Assembly: GCF_006345805.1 (NCBI RefSeq)
Contig: NC_043018.1
Coordinates: 7,936,001-8,000,000, forward strand
From: Octopus sinensis
Taxonomy: Eukaryota
Direction of reading: 5' to 3'
DNA: 64,000 bases
Shown here: in pieces, positions 12,459-25,355 of the stretch
Position numbering within the stretch: the first letter of the stretch is position 1
Layout of the letters: every line of letters starts with the position of its first letter
Position numbers and translations under genes: made by a program
The notes under the pieces: model-generated
Told to the model about the DNA's origin: nothing
Databases searched by the model: none
The model's input: only the letters and a program-made list of their open reading frames with translations

Positions 12459-12760
12459 GCAATGCATTGCAGTTAGTTTTGCCTCTATGTAGTCTCCCTT
12501 GAGTTTAAAATCATCTTTTAGGTGGGTGGGCTTGAGTGGAATGGTAATTAGGTTTTTATGCAAATGTGTTTTGTAAATATTTTTATTGATAGGCGTAGGA
12601 GTGGCTTTGTGGTAAGTAGCTTGCTTACCAACCACATGGTTCTGGGTTCAGTCCCATTGCATGGCACCTTGGGCAAGTGTCTTCTACTATAGGCTCGAGC
12701 CAACCAAAGCCTTGTGAGTGGATTTGATAGATGGAAACTGAAAGAAGCCCATCGTATATA

Positions 12761-12794
<34 letters not shown>

Positions 12795-14055
12795 GATGTG
12801 TGTGCGTGTGTGTATATGTTTGTGTGTCTGTGTTTGTCCCCAGAACATCACTTGACAACCGATGCTGGTGTGTTTACATCCCTGTAACTTAGCGGTTCGG
12901 CAAAAGAGACCGATAGAATAAGTACTAGGCTTACAAAGAATAAGCCCTGGGGTCGATTCGCTCGACTAAAAAGGTGGTGCTCCAGCATGGCCACAGTCAA
13001 ATGACTGAAACAAGTAAAAGAGTAAAGAGAGATTAAATTTGGGGTTATGCTATTGCTTAGAATTTATTCATGCATGTAGAACTTTATAAAAAAGTCTTCA
13101 GGGTATTTTTCTTTTCACTGGGTGGATACAAGGGGTGGCAGTATTTTTGTTGCTTTTGGTATTATTGGATTCAATCTTTTTGCTTTGATAACATAAATGT
13201 CAAAGGTACAAAGTCCAATATCTAAGCCCTTAGTAATAGGGTGTGTCGACTTTGTTTCACAAAAAATGTAGCTAGTTGGTAAGTTTAGACTGATCCTGTC
13301 TTGTTATTTGCAATATTTCCTGTTTTCATTTGTAAGGTTGGGGTTATTAATCAGGCGTGTCATGGCTTTATCAGTATAGAAAGTTGTTTTCCTAGTACTT
13401 TTGATATTCATAAAAGCATACCTGTAAGGTTGTATGTTTATATGTTTCTCTTCAGGTGTTCATTGTTCATAATTGAATTACATTTTTTTCCCCATTTTTA
13501 TACATGAAAATATACATACCTAAGCGTAGGAGTGGCTGTGTGGTAAGTAGCTTGCTTATGAACCACATCGTTCAAGGTTCAGTCCCACTGCGTGGCACCT
13601 TGGACAAGTGTCTTCTACTATAGGCTCAAACCAACCAAAGCCTTGTGAGCGGATTTGGTAGACGGAAACTGAAAGAAGCCCATCGTATATATGTATATAT
13701 ATATATATGTGTGTGTGTGTATATGTTTGTGTGTCTGTATTTGTCCCCCCAACATCGCTTGACAACCGATGCTGGTGTGTTTACATCCCCGTAACTTAGC
13801 GGTTCGGCAAAAGAAACGGATCGAATAAGTATTAGGCTTACAAAGAATAAGTCCTGGGGTCGATTTGCTCGACTAAAGGCGGTGCTCCTGCATGGCCACA
13901 GTCAAATGACTGAAACAAGTAAAAGAGTATACCTATAGAATATATATCTAGAACAGGATTTGAAGAAATTTTATAAATAAACACCAATCAAATTCTGCCT
14001 CCACAGATCAAGAAGTTTAAAATTTCTATATACTAATCAAATTGTTTATAGGTTT

Positions 14056-14436
14056 CTAGCACTATGACCCGGCGTTGCCGGGTCATAGTGCTAGTGCATG
14101 TATATACAGCTGCGTGCGTGTGCACATACACGCGAGTACGATCCAAATCTCCGACCAATCGCATACAGCTAGCTGACATTCAATTGGCGTATCAAGTTTC
14201 GGGCATTTTGATTGGGTTTTGGGTAGAAAATTCACAAAAAAGTCACTTCCATTGATTTTTTTAATGGCTTTGAAGGGTGACTGGGGAAATGTAAAGATGT
14301 GCACGACCACCCTTGGACGGTTTTAAATGACCATAGAAAGTGCGAGCCCTCTAACTGAAAAATTGTGGATTTGCATAAAGGACATGCACGCACACACACA
14401 CACAGACAAACATTTTGCCGTTTATATATAGAGAGA
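14056..14436 (-). mobile_element. Non-autonomous Helitron-like element with perfect 18-bp terminal hairpin
   Basis: Minus strand starts a|TCTCTCTATATATAAA; ends ctagcactatgacccggc-aac-gccgggtcatagtgCTAG. Confidence 0.7.
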
Positions 14437-16477
14437 TAACATAACTCGAAATTTAATCAATAGAAAAACCTAATTACCTCCCCATTCAAATCCACACACC
14501 CAAAGATGATTTTAACTCAGCAGAGACTATATATACATACATACATATATCTATTTGTGTGTGAGTATAATATGTATGTGTACATACACACACACACACA
14601 CGCATATATAATGTATGTATGTGTACATATATATGTGTGTGTTTGTGTAAGTGTGTGTTTATTTAGTAAGAAAATGGAGTGATTTAATGCATATAAATTA
14701 ATTTATTAATTAATTAACATTACCTACAATTGTTTCAATTTTTACACCCAATACATGTCTAATAAAATAGTTTTGCAATTTGAAGATTTTGTGTGAAATG
14801 TCTTCAGGACAATGGACATTACAGAATTTATATGTTGATCTGTCACTTTTTTCTGTATTTAAGGTAGTAAATTAGCCAAATTCTACTTAAATAAGTATAG
14901 CGTTATTTGTAAACTATAATAAAATAATTTTTAGTATTCAAATTTTAATTTTAGCTGCAATATTTTAAGTAAAAAGTTTCTTATTCTTTACTTTACTAGA
15001 ACTAATAGCTTGTCCTATACTTTTCCAGGTGTAATAACTTGTCCTGTACTTTTCCAGGTTTATAATTTTAGGAATATTACTAAGTGATGATAATATTTCA
15101 ATTTTTTTCATTGTTTAATTTAAATATATGTTGTGATTGAATTATTTGATATTCCCCATCCACACCAAATTAATGGCAGGGATTTTTACCATCTTGTTGG
15201 TTGCACAGTGGCTCACCAAAAGTTACAAACAAAAAGACCCTAAAACCATCAGTTACCAGGCTCACCCTAAGTAACCTAGATTTTGAGTCGGTGATAACAG
15301 CACTGACTGCTGCTAATTTAGATCTATCAATAATTATTCAATACAACAGTAATTATAAAAGCATATTAGATATACACAAGTTAAAATTACCCACATCCCA
15401 TTAATATAAATTTGATTTATGAAAAATCCCTTTTAATTAATTTTGAAATTTAAAAAGTAAATTTAGAATATAAGCACTTTTAACCAGTGCCTCTTCTGGA
15501 CAGCCTTACTACACGCCTTCAGGTCTGCCCATAGAGACACAGCCAAAAATGATTATATTCCTGCCCCAATAAATTTATATGCACATATCTGAAGCATATA
15601 ACACATTAATGAACTAGCCTGATTATATAATTAACTAAAAAGGAAAAGCAAATAAAGCAGAAAGCAAGTTAATTAAAGCTGAAAGAGAAAATTAATAATA
15701 AAAGTTAAACTTACCCTAATTCAACAACATATTAAAAATAACTTTATTAAATACTTAATTTAAAAAATAAAATATACAAAAGGTAAAGTCGACCTTGGTG
15801 GAATTTGAACTTGGAATGAAAAGACAAACAAAATACCTATTTCTTTACTACCCACAAGAGGCTAAACAAGGACAGACAAACGGATTAAGTCGATTATATC
15901 AACCCCAGTGCATAAATGGTACTTATTTAATCAACCTCGAAAGGATGAAAGGCAAAGTTGACCTTGGTGGAATTTGAACTCAGAACGTAGCGGCAGATGA
16001 AATACCACTAAGCATTTCACTCGGCACGCTAACATTTCTGCCAACTCACCGCATTAGAGCATAAGCATTCATTTTAGTAATATATTCTTATCTTACCGTT
16101 ATTGCTTGGGATGTTATTTCATGACATTTCACCTCATAACTTTTTTCTACTAACTTTTGTTCAATGCGACTAACGATTCTGAATTCCTCATGCATTATTC
16201 TCTCATTTAAGCCTAAGAAAAGTAGACTTTTATTTTAAAATTAAAAAATTCATGTTAACTGAAGATGAATAGGTGCCTTACTGCCTCCCTTCAGACTGCA
16301 TATATTTTGATGTAACTTTTTTTTTCTACTGAACCAAATCTCAAACTATTTATGCCAAAGTGTAGCTGAGGAGGTGTCCTCTTTGAAACTGTTAATAGTT
16401 TGCAATTTAGTTGAGAACTGAATTAGTGGTGAAGCTTGGAAGCTGCTGTGATTGACAAAATGGCAGACTTAAGAATA

Positions 16478-17035
16478 TCACCGGTCTGGAACCCCTATCT
16501 TGCCCAGGATATCAATCGTCTTGAAGCCGTTCAGCGACGTGCAACAAAGAGTATACCCTCCATCAAGCATTTGCCTTATTCTGAACGCCTTACTTCCCTG
16601 GGAATGGACACATTGAAACTCCGATGTCTGGCAGCTGACTTGGCAGACACCCATAAATTATTAACCATCTTACAAACAATAACTCTGAGCACCTTTTCAA
16701 ACTCCACCCGTCTAACGCCCGTGGACATATTTACAAAGTCAGAAAACAGCACAGCTCCCATGACTTCAGGAAACATTTTTTCACACTGAGAGTTGCTGAA
16801 GCATGGAACAAACTGCCGGCATCAGTTGTTAGTTGTCGGAGCACTGCATCCTTCAAAACTTCCATGCTTCCTGAGATTCACCAACACTACACCTGATTTT
16901 CTCCCCTCCATACACACACAAGCATGTATCTGACTCATACATTGTTCACTTCCCAGACATGTGTACATTACTGCATATACTTTATGTGCACTTTTTGACA
17001 AGTTGTGGTGCACCTGAGCACTGTATACAATAATT

Positions 17036-17075
<40 letters not shown>
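16478..17075 (+). mobile_element. CR1/L2-group LINE 3' fragment with (ATT)n tail
   Basis: SPVWNPYLAQDINRLEAVQRRATKSIPSIKHLPYSERLTSLGMDTLKLR; further copies 32651-33212, 54070-54631 (+) and ~46305-46737 (-). Confidence 0.85.
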
Positions 17076-17077
<2 letters not shown>

Positions 17078-17193
17078 TCAACCACTACCATGGTTGAATG
17101 ATAACATCTTCAAAAACTTATCGCTAATCAATACACTGCATGTGTTATGTAAATAATATTATTGATTTCATTATTACTTTATTTTTGTTTTAG

Positions 17194-17278
17194 TCTGAGG
17201 TTGATTCTTCAGGCAATGAACTGGACTATGATTATCCCACACAAAGATACCTTGAGTTAAATGAACTCAAATATCCAG
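17194..17278 (+). CDS. Exon C (85 nt): SEVDSSGNELDYDYPTQRYLELNELKYP
   Basis: ttttgttttag acceptor, cag|gtgagt donor; phase 0 to 1; no stop. Confidence 0.85.
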
Positions 17279-17344
17279 GTGAGTCTTTTTTTTTCTTTTT
17301 ACTGTATTAACATTTTATTTTTTTCATGAAACATTTTTATTTTT

Positions 17345-17800
17345 TCATGAGCAAACGAGATAGGTATGCAGTAATATATGTCTGGAAGATCCTGGTAGGA
17401 ATTGTGCCAAATTTTGGCATTGAAAGCTACACCAATGCCAGAAAGGGACGACACTGCATAGGGCCAAAGATCCCAGCAATGCCATCACACTTCAGGACCA
17501 GTTACTGCAACAGCCTGGATTTCAAGGGCCCACAGCTTTTTAATATTCTCCCAAAGAGTCTGAGGAACTTGCACAAAGTAGATGTAGCGGTTTTTAAATC
17601 AAAGCTGGACATCTTCCTGTCGAGAGTCCCAGATGAACCTACCTCACGGCAAGAGGTGCAAATGAGGGTAGCTATATCAAACTCCATTCTTCACCAAGTG
17701 CCACATATTGGAGGAGGCTCTTAGTAATAACAGTGTAGCCCAAAACGGCCGTGCATCAGCATGGTCACAGCTCTGAGCTGAAACTAGAAAGAAAAAAAAA
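17345..17800 (+). mobile_element. Second CR1-like LINE family, 3' end
   Basis: RDRYAVIYVWKILVGIVPN...KGPQLFNILPKSLRN...FKSKLDIFLSRVPDEP, followed by an A-rich tail. Confidence 0.8.
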
Positions 17801-17933
17801 AACAATTTAGAAATAATATGACTAATTACAGAGGGTGCAGCAGAAGGAATGCCCTTTTTTATTTGTATTTTTTCATAGTTTTCTACTTTATTTATTATTT
17901 TTTTTTTTTGCTTTGTATGATATAAATTTTGAG

Positions 17934-18197
17934 GAGAGGTTGATAGGACGACGCAGAGGAATTGAGTGGCCATCACGATCACCAGACTTAACACCACCTG
18001 ACTTTTTCTTGTGAGGTGTATTGAAAGATTTTGTTTGCTCCCTCAAACCAAAAACTTTTCTTGAATTAAAACAAACAATTTCTGGTAAATTTTCTGCAAT
18101 TAAAGTGGAAATGTGTCAAAAGTTTTGTAGAATTGCTGCTGGTAGTATTCAGCATTGTGCTAAAAATGAAGGGGAGCATTTTGAACATGTTGATTAA
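17934..18197 (+). pseudogene. Tc1/mariner transposase C-terminal remnant
   Basis: ERLIGRRRGIEWPSRSPDLTPPDFFL*GVLKD...EGEHFEHVD*; WPSRSPDL motif with an in-frame stop where W is expected. Confidence 0.85.
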
Positions 18198-19554
18198 ATT
18201 TTTTATCATAATTAATTATATTGTTTTGATTAATTGATTTTTTTCGTTTCTTTAACCACTATAATAAATTTTTGTACAATAAAAAATGACTAAATAAAAA
18301 AAAAAAATTCTACTATAAGCATAGGAGTGGCTGTGTTGTAAGTAGCTTGCTTACCAACCACATGGTTCCAGGTTCAGTCCCACTGCGTGGAACTTTGGGC
18401 AAGTGTCTTCTACTATAGCCTCGGGCCAACCAAAGCCTTGTGAGTAGATTTGGTAGACAGAAACTGAAAGAAGCCCATCTTGTATATGTATAGATATGTG
18501 TGTGTGTATATGTTTGTGTGCCTGTGTTTGTCTCCCCAACATTGCTTGACAACCGATGCTAGTATGTTTACGTCCCCGTTACTTAGCGGTTCGGCAGAAG
18601 AGACCGATAGAATAAGTACTAGGCTTACAAAGAATAAGTCCTGGGGTTGATTTGCTCGACTAAAGGCGGTGCTCCAGCATGGCCACAGTCACATGACTGA
18701 AACAAGTAAAACAGTATAAAAATTACTAAATAAAAAAAGGGTGTGACTTCTGCCGCATGCTGTATATTGCATTTATTGCACAGGCTGGACCTCCCTTAAA
18801 TCTAGCAACCTTGGAGCTTGGAAATTGTTGGATTTCAGGGAAAATACCAACAATTAGAAATTAGCTCCTGAAGTGAGCCTCTGTCTAATTCCTCACGCAT
18901 ACACACATTCAAACACTCACACATACGTAAAAGGGGTTGTTAAATCCAGGCGAATACTTTGTAAGCACTCTGTAGAATTAGACTTAACTTTCTGCTGCCT
19001 CTCCAATTTGTAAGTTCAAAATTCAAACACCAAATAAATTCACTATCAGATCACAGATTGTAATAGAAGAACACAAAACGGATGTAGAATTATGCATTCT
19101 TTAATCAGCTTATGTGTGTTTCGGATAAATTGGTAAATTGCAAAATTCTGCAATGCTGTAATCATATTAATCGATCCTATATTTGACAGATAGAGAATTA
19201 AGGGCTATCCTATCCTTATCAAAGTTATACTGCTTGGATTGGAGAACATTTTAAGGGAGATGGACTGTTGTAAAACTAACAATGTTTGACCAGTATAAAG
19301 GGTAATGGAGTTTTTTCAGCAAATCTACTTAGGAATTGTATTTTTCACATCATGATGGTATTGTACAATGATACTTAATTTCTTCAGTCTCACACGTCAG
19401 CTTGAAGAATGTTTATGGCAAAATTCCTGCCCTGTTTAAATTTTTACTGACAATTTAAATATTCGGAGAAGATATGTAGATCTAGGGTAGTCAGTAGATA
19501 ATCATTTAGATCATGATGAAAATGTCATTTGATCAGTATTAATTCTAAGTATAA

Positions 19555-19898
19555 GCTATGCATGGCTTAGTGGTTAGAGTGTAGAGCTTACGATTGTGAG
19601 GATGTGAGCTCGAATCCCGGACCGAACTGCGTGCTGTGTTCTTGAGCAAGACACTTTATTTCATGTTGCTCCAGTTCACTCAGCTGTAGAAATGAGTTGC
19701 GACATCACAGGTGCCAAGCTGTATCAGCCCCTTTGATTTTCCCTTGGATAACATCAGTGGCGTGGAGAGGAGAAGCTGGTATGCATGGGTGACTGCTGGT
19801 CTTCTATAAACAATCTTGCTCTGACTTGTGCCTCGGAGGGTAACCTTCTAGGTGCAATCCCATGGTCATTCATGACCGAAGGGGATCTTTGCCCTTTG
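19555..19898 (+). mobile_element. Third tRNA-derived SINE family (gtgttcttgagcaagacactttatttcatgttgctccag body)
   Basis: A/B-box-like head; copies about 3745-4057(-), 19965-20172, 33540-33855(-), 44670-45171. Confidence 0.8.
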
Positions 19899-21681
19899 TG
19901 ACACTAATCTGACTTCAGTACACTTGATGCATACCAACTGTTTCCTTCTACCTATGCCTCATCATCAGTTAACTCAGCTGTAGAAATGAGTTGCGACTTC
20001 ACTGGTGCCAAGCTGTATCGGCCTTTACTTTTACCTTGGATAACATCAGTGGCATGGAGAGAGGAGGCCGGTATGCTTGGGCTTCAAACAATCTTGCTCT
20101 GACTTGTGCCTCGGAGGGTAACCTTCTAGGTGCAATCCCATGGTCATTCATGACCGAAGGGGGTCTCCTCCAAGCTATGCAGGGAAGATAGTTATTGCTC
20201 TGGTGATGGTTGTCATTATTTACCTGTTTCCTTACATCTACATCTTTATATGTGAAAGCATGTGGCTTAATGGTTAGGGGTATTCAGCTCACAATCATAA
20301 GAACATGAGTTCAATTCCAATTGATGCAGTGTGTCCTTAAGCAAGATACTTTATTTCATGTTACTCCAATCCACTCGCCTTTACTGCTACACTGGAAATC
20401 AAAAATTGTACAAAATAATGAGCTAACCCAAGTAGTTGACTATTCAAAGTGAACGCTATTATAAAAAGCAAGGATATGTTTTTTTCTAGAAGAAATTTTC
20501 CACTCACTTTTCTCAATTGCTGTGTTGCATAAATGTTCGTACTTGACATATTTCTCATTCCTAAGAGCTCCTTGTTCCAATAAGAAGCCCTTGTTCCAAT
20601 AAGAAGCTCTTGTAGAGTTAGGTGGAAGAGAAACAATAGGTTGTTTGTGGGTCATAGGAGTGTGGGGTCAAAACTTACAACTACAACCAGGGGTTTGGGC
20701 CCCAGGATACAGATTCAAGTGGAGAGGTTAGAAGTAAACAGGTTAAGTCATCTAACTGAAACAAATAAAAACTAACCACTCCTACAATATGTAAATGTCA
20801 ATATTTGTAAAACTATCTTACCCACACTTGGTATTGAAAAATGGATGTAACAAATTTTTTTTACAAAAACACATGGTTCAAATTCATTTGACAAGACCAT
20901 TATCAGTAAACTGTTTTCATTCAAAGACAAGCAGCAGTTTTTGTGGCATACATTTTTTTTTTTTTTTGTAATTCTCAAGATTCTGACCTTCTTAATAAAT
21001 GGTTTCTGCTTGTTGGAACTCATTGGTCTATTGCCACTCGTACCCAGGTTGATTTAATGCCCTTGTGTCTCCTCTGCTGGTCACTTATAATGTAATCCTT
21101 GCCTCTTGACCCAGCACCAATCAATTTATTTATTCCTTCCTTCTCGAAACATTATCCATCTGGAATTTTCGCCTTGTCCTTGTTTCTTTCCACAGCCATC
21201 AATTTTCCAGTTTTTTTTTCTTGCATTAATCTTACCAGTTTCAGAGAAATACCTTCCACTTGACAAAACTATTACAATCACCATATTTTCTGGCATGCAA
21301 GTCGAATTTTTCTGACCACAATTCATAGTAAAGGTGTAGGTTGACTTATACACAAAAAGGATTTTTGAAGGACGAAAATTTTCATATGAGATGCAGCAGG
21401 ATTTGAAGAGAAATGGACAATATTTGAATGTTTACACTATATACCATGTCAACTTGTATGCTTGGACATACAGTATATGTTTGTGTGTCTGTGTTTGTCC
21501 CCCTAGCATTGCTTGACAACCGATGCTGGTGTGTTTACGTCCCCGTCACTTAGCGGTTCAGCAAAAGAGACCGATAGAATAAGTACTGGGCTTACAAAAG
21601 AATAAGTCCCGGGGTCGAGTTGTTCGATTAAAGGTGGTGCTCCAGCATGACCGCAGTCAAATGACTGAAACAAGTAAAAGA

Positions 21682-21721
<40 letters not shown>

Positions 21722-22406
21722 GTTTAAATATTTGTTGTGCAAGATTTTTTATGTGAAGTCGTGTGTTGAAACAGATATTGTTATATTTCGGAATGGTCAT
21801 ATTGCCAGTTTAGCCAATAAAAACACACGCACTATATATTTGGTGTTATTTTGCTTCAGTGATATTTATTTTTTACATTAATCTTAATCTTATTTCGGCC
21901 AAAGTTCTTTCGTCACACTCCTGTGACCGCATCAGTGGTCCTTTGTTTTCTTCTCACTTACTTGTGTCTCTCCTTACTAACCGTCAGCCATTTTGTATTT
22001 CTATTGTATGTCTTCATTTGCGCATGCTTATATCTCTATGTGCGTCTATGTTTATTTAGTGTGTTGTGGGTGGGGGGGATGCCTGTAATATTTGTATCTT
22101 CTGGTTATACATTCTTGTAATTTGTATTTTGTTTTTGTTGTTGTTGCTTTTGTTCTAAGTTTGTTCATGTGTTTACATCCACCCATTATTATCATTACAT
22201 ATGCTTGTATGTATGTATAACAACAATATTAGTAATAATAATAATAAATCTAATCGAAAAAAAAAAAATATATACATATACATATATATATATATACATA
22301 CATATACATATACATACATATATACACACATACATACACATATAGATATTCATTTCTATTTCTTTAATTACCTGTGTATTTATTATGTTTGCAGGATCCA
22401 CTATTG

Positions 22407-23870
22407 TCATATGTTGTGGTGTGCGCTATTGCTCCATTCTAGTTTTCTATTCAGGCTAGGTTTATTTTCTATTATATGTGTAGCTTCTGTAATTTGTCTA
22501 ATTGTTGCATCTGTTCTATGTGTGGACAATATCTTAATCTCTATGTTATTGATTGATCCCCCGTGTTCTTGTTCGGCGTGTTGGTACAGAATCGATGAGC
22601 TTTTACCTTCCTTGAGTTGTCTCCAATGTTCATTCACCCACTCACCAATGCTTCTTGCAGTTTCCCCTACGTATGTTACTGTCTTGTTACTGCATCGTCC
22701 CTCTATACATCTTATACTATAGACCACATTTCTGGCTTTACAGTTCGTTTGTGGGCTAAATCTACATACAGTGCAATAGTTATCCGTACAGAGAGTTCTA
22801 CTAAAAGGATAGCTTCTACCAATTATAGATCTGATAGGGTTGCCTGGCTTTTCAACAACCTTAATTCTTAGTTTAAGTTTATCTAGGGTCCTTCTAAAGC
22901 GGTACGCTAGTTCACCTCCAGGGGTGGTGTCAACGAACATGACACTCTGGTATTTATGGCTATCATACCAAGAGTTGGCCTTCCCTATTTTCTTTTTTGT
23001 CCTTTCTATAGTGTTCCATGACTTGTTCCTATAGAGTGGGCAAATCCCATTCCTATCATTACATAATATATTATCAAATTTCTTCATGGCTCCTTTGTAT
23101 ACTCTGATCCTTTCTTTATGGCTGTAACCTGAGAACTGCATGCGGTGAATGAAATACTGTATGTGTCTCTTTAATTCTGTAGGCTCGCACATGCGTGACA
23201 CATTTCTCATTATTCTGACGAGGTCTGCCATCAAAATATTGAATTTGGCATTGCCTGCAATGGCTGAGTTCCGGTGGATCAGGTATTTTGAGGCCATAGG
23301 TTTTGCATAGTATGAATGAAGGATTTGGGTTTTATTTTTCACAATTTCTAGCCAGAGTTCAGTGTCTAGTACTGGTAGTCTATGGTTGGGGTGTTTAGTG
23401 GGGTAGTCTATTGTGACCTTAATACTCTGGTGGATGGAGTTAGCTATTTGCTGGATGCTCTCCATAGTATTAGTTTCTATTACTATATCAACAGTACTCT
23501 CTTGTGGGGGTGCCTTTACTACTATATTGATATCATCAACATAGCGAGAGTACATGTTTACGAGTATGGATTTCTGCAGTAGGCATTCTTTAAGCCTTCT
23601 GTCCCACCATACCATGAAGAGGTTGGCCACATCACCAGCGATACTAACACCAATGGCTGCCCCCTCGTCCTGGGCATATATTTTATTATTAAATTTAAAT
23701 GTGTGGCCTTTTAGGGTAACTCTTATACTAGCTCCTAGTGCATGTGCGATCATTTTCTTTACCTGATGGACATTTGCGGGGCTCCGTATGGCTCTGGTCC
23801 ATCCGCGCCATCTTTCTATATGTGTCTTCCTAGCCATAGAAGTAATTGTAGGCGGTCTACCTCTTAACAT
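22407..23870 (-). pseudogene. PLE ORF, C-terminal part (RT core/thumb + GIY-YIG endonuclease)
   Basis: 487-aa open frame; joined to the upstream frame by a 1-nt shift near 23870. Confidence 0.88.
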
Positions 23871-24779
23871 CTACTGGGGCAGAAACTACTAAGATTATGT
23901 TTATCTAAGTATTCACTATTATATGTCAGTCTAAGTAGGAGGCCCAGTTCTTCTGTGTCGACATTACAGAACTCCACCTGGCTCTCGTTGATCATCTCCA
24001 CGCACTTCCCCACTGCAAAATCTACGTCAATCGATGGGTATAGGGATACCACATCCATGCTACCTACTATACATCCTGTCAAGTCACAAGTTTTGTTACA
24101 GTCACTGATCCTGCTTAGGAGATCTTCTGTGCTGTCACACACATCAGGTGACATCCTGATTATAGGGCGTATGATCATTGAGAGGAAGTAGGAGATTCTG
24201 TAATTGCTAGCGATATTCGCTCCACAGACTGGTCTTGTTGGTGGTCCTGCTATAGGGTCAGTAAAACCTTTATGGTCCTTGCAAAGTCCATACAGTGCCG
24301 GGATATCATTGTTCCAGGCTTGGAAATTCTTTGCAGTACGTTTCTGAGGTCCCAGAACAATTGTCCACATCATCATGTGGGCATTGAGGACCTTTTCTCT
24401 CTCCTCATGCGCCTGTACAGTTGTTACTTTTGTATTGGCGATATGAGGTTGCATTGCCTGGATGTAGTTCGGTAAGCTGTCTATTGACATCCTGCCGGAC
24501 TTATCCGTGGGAAGGCATATCACCTCTCCGTTCCTCGTGCGCTGAATGAGCTTCTGTAGGCCACATGCAGGTTTAATCCCTAGTTGTTGGGCATCTGTCT
24601 TATTCTGTCTCTGTCTCTTAATGTATAATCCTAAAATCTGTCTAAGTTTGGTCCTAGCTATAGTGAACTGTGCTTCCATGTGGTCATTAGTACGTCTTGG
24701 GATGTATACTCTTTTGTTGAAGGGTAATGTTGTTGGATAAATTCGGTTCATGCAGTAAGTTTTGTCGCATACGTTGAAG
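23864..24779 (-). pseudogene. PLE ORF, N-terminal part (RT fingers/palm start)
   Basis: DKSG, LYGLCKDHK..PPTRPVCGA, STEDLL, SMDVVSLYPSI. The first ~110 aa of track ORF 23864..25111 are antisense pLTR, not true coding. Confidence 0.85.
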
Positions 24780-25311
24780 ATTAGATTTATTATTATTATT
24801 ACTAATATTGTTGTTATACATACATACAAGCATATGTAATGATAATAATGGGTGGATGTAAAACACATGAACAAACTTAGAACAAAAGCAACAACAACAA
24901 AAACAAAATACAAATTACAAGAATGTATATAACCAGAAGATACAAATATTACAGGCATCCCCCCCACACACACACTAAATAAACATAGACGCACATAGAG
25001 ATATAAGCATGCGCAAATGAAGACATACAATAGAAATACAAAATGGCTGACGGTTAGTAAGGAGAGACACAAGTAAGTGAGAAGAAAACAAAGGACCACT
25101 GATGCGGTCACAGGAGTGTGACGAAAGAACTTTGGCCGAAATAAGATTAAGATTAATGTAAAAAATAAATATCACTGAAGCAAAATAACACCAAATATAT
25201 AGTGCGTGTGTTTTTATGGCTAAACTGGCAATATGACCATTCCGAAATATAACAATATCTGTTTCAACACACGACTTCACATAAAAAATCTTGCACAACA
25301 AATATTTAAAC

Positions 25312-25355
<44 letters not shown>

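Larger units (their letters stand above)
21721..25312 (-). mobile_element. Penelope-like retroelement (RT + C-terminal GIY-YIG, Cys-rich linker, Neptune/Nematis-like), 5'-truncated, with inverted pseudo-LTRs, flanked by (TA)n
   Basis: RT motifs GSMDVVSLYPSID, YAQDEGAAIG, YSRYVDDI, LPVLD; linker CTDNYCTVC..C; GIY-YIG NVVYSIRC...YVGETARS...EH. 21721-22255 is the reverse complement of 24779-25312. Confidence 0.93.

Noticed and set aside
14995-15065. Two ~29-bp tandem copies (also a 21-bp tandem at 20560-20612) superficially like CRISPR repeats
   Set aside because: No unique spacers; eukaryotic context; simple local duplications
18976-19009. Candidate microexon ending at gtaagt
   Set aside because: Weak acceptor, and the phase (1 to 2) does not join exon D1
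19555-19640. tRNA-like A/B boxes (also 37370-37450, 41822-41910)
   Set aside because: SINE heads continuing into repeat bodies; no cloverleaf supporting a tRNA gene
20700-21418. Possible degraded transposase frames on the minus strand
   Set aside because: No motif I can recognise with confidence; needs a translated HMM search
24780-25111. Hydrophobic N-terminus of track ORF 23864..25111 that looks transmembrane
   Set aside because: It is the inverted pLTR read antisense; the same peptide appears at 21923 (+)
25092-25150. Hammerhead-like ctgatgc-ggtca...tggcc-gaaa in the large PLE pLTR (mirror ~21885-21945)
   Set aside because: A9 is C and no convincing stem I or III; not called, though a divergent ribozyme cannot be excluded
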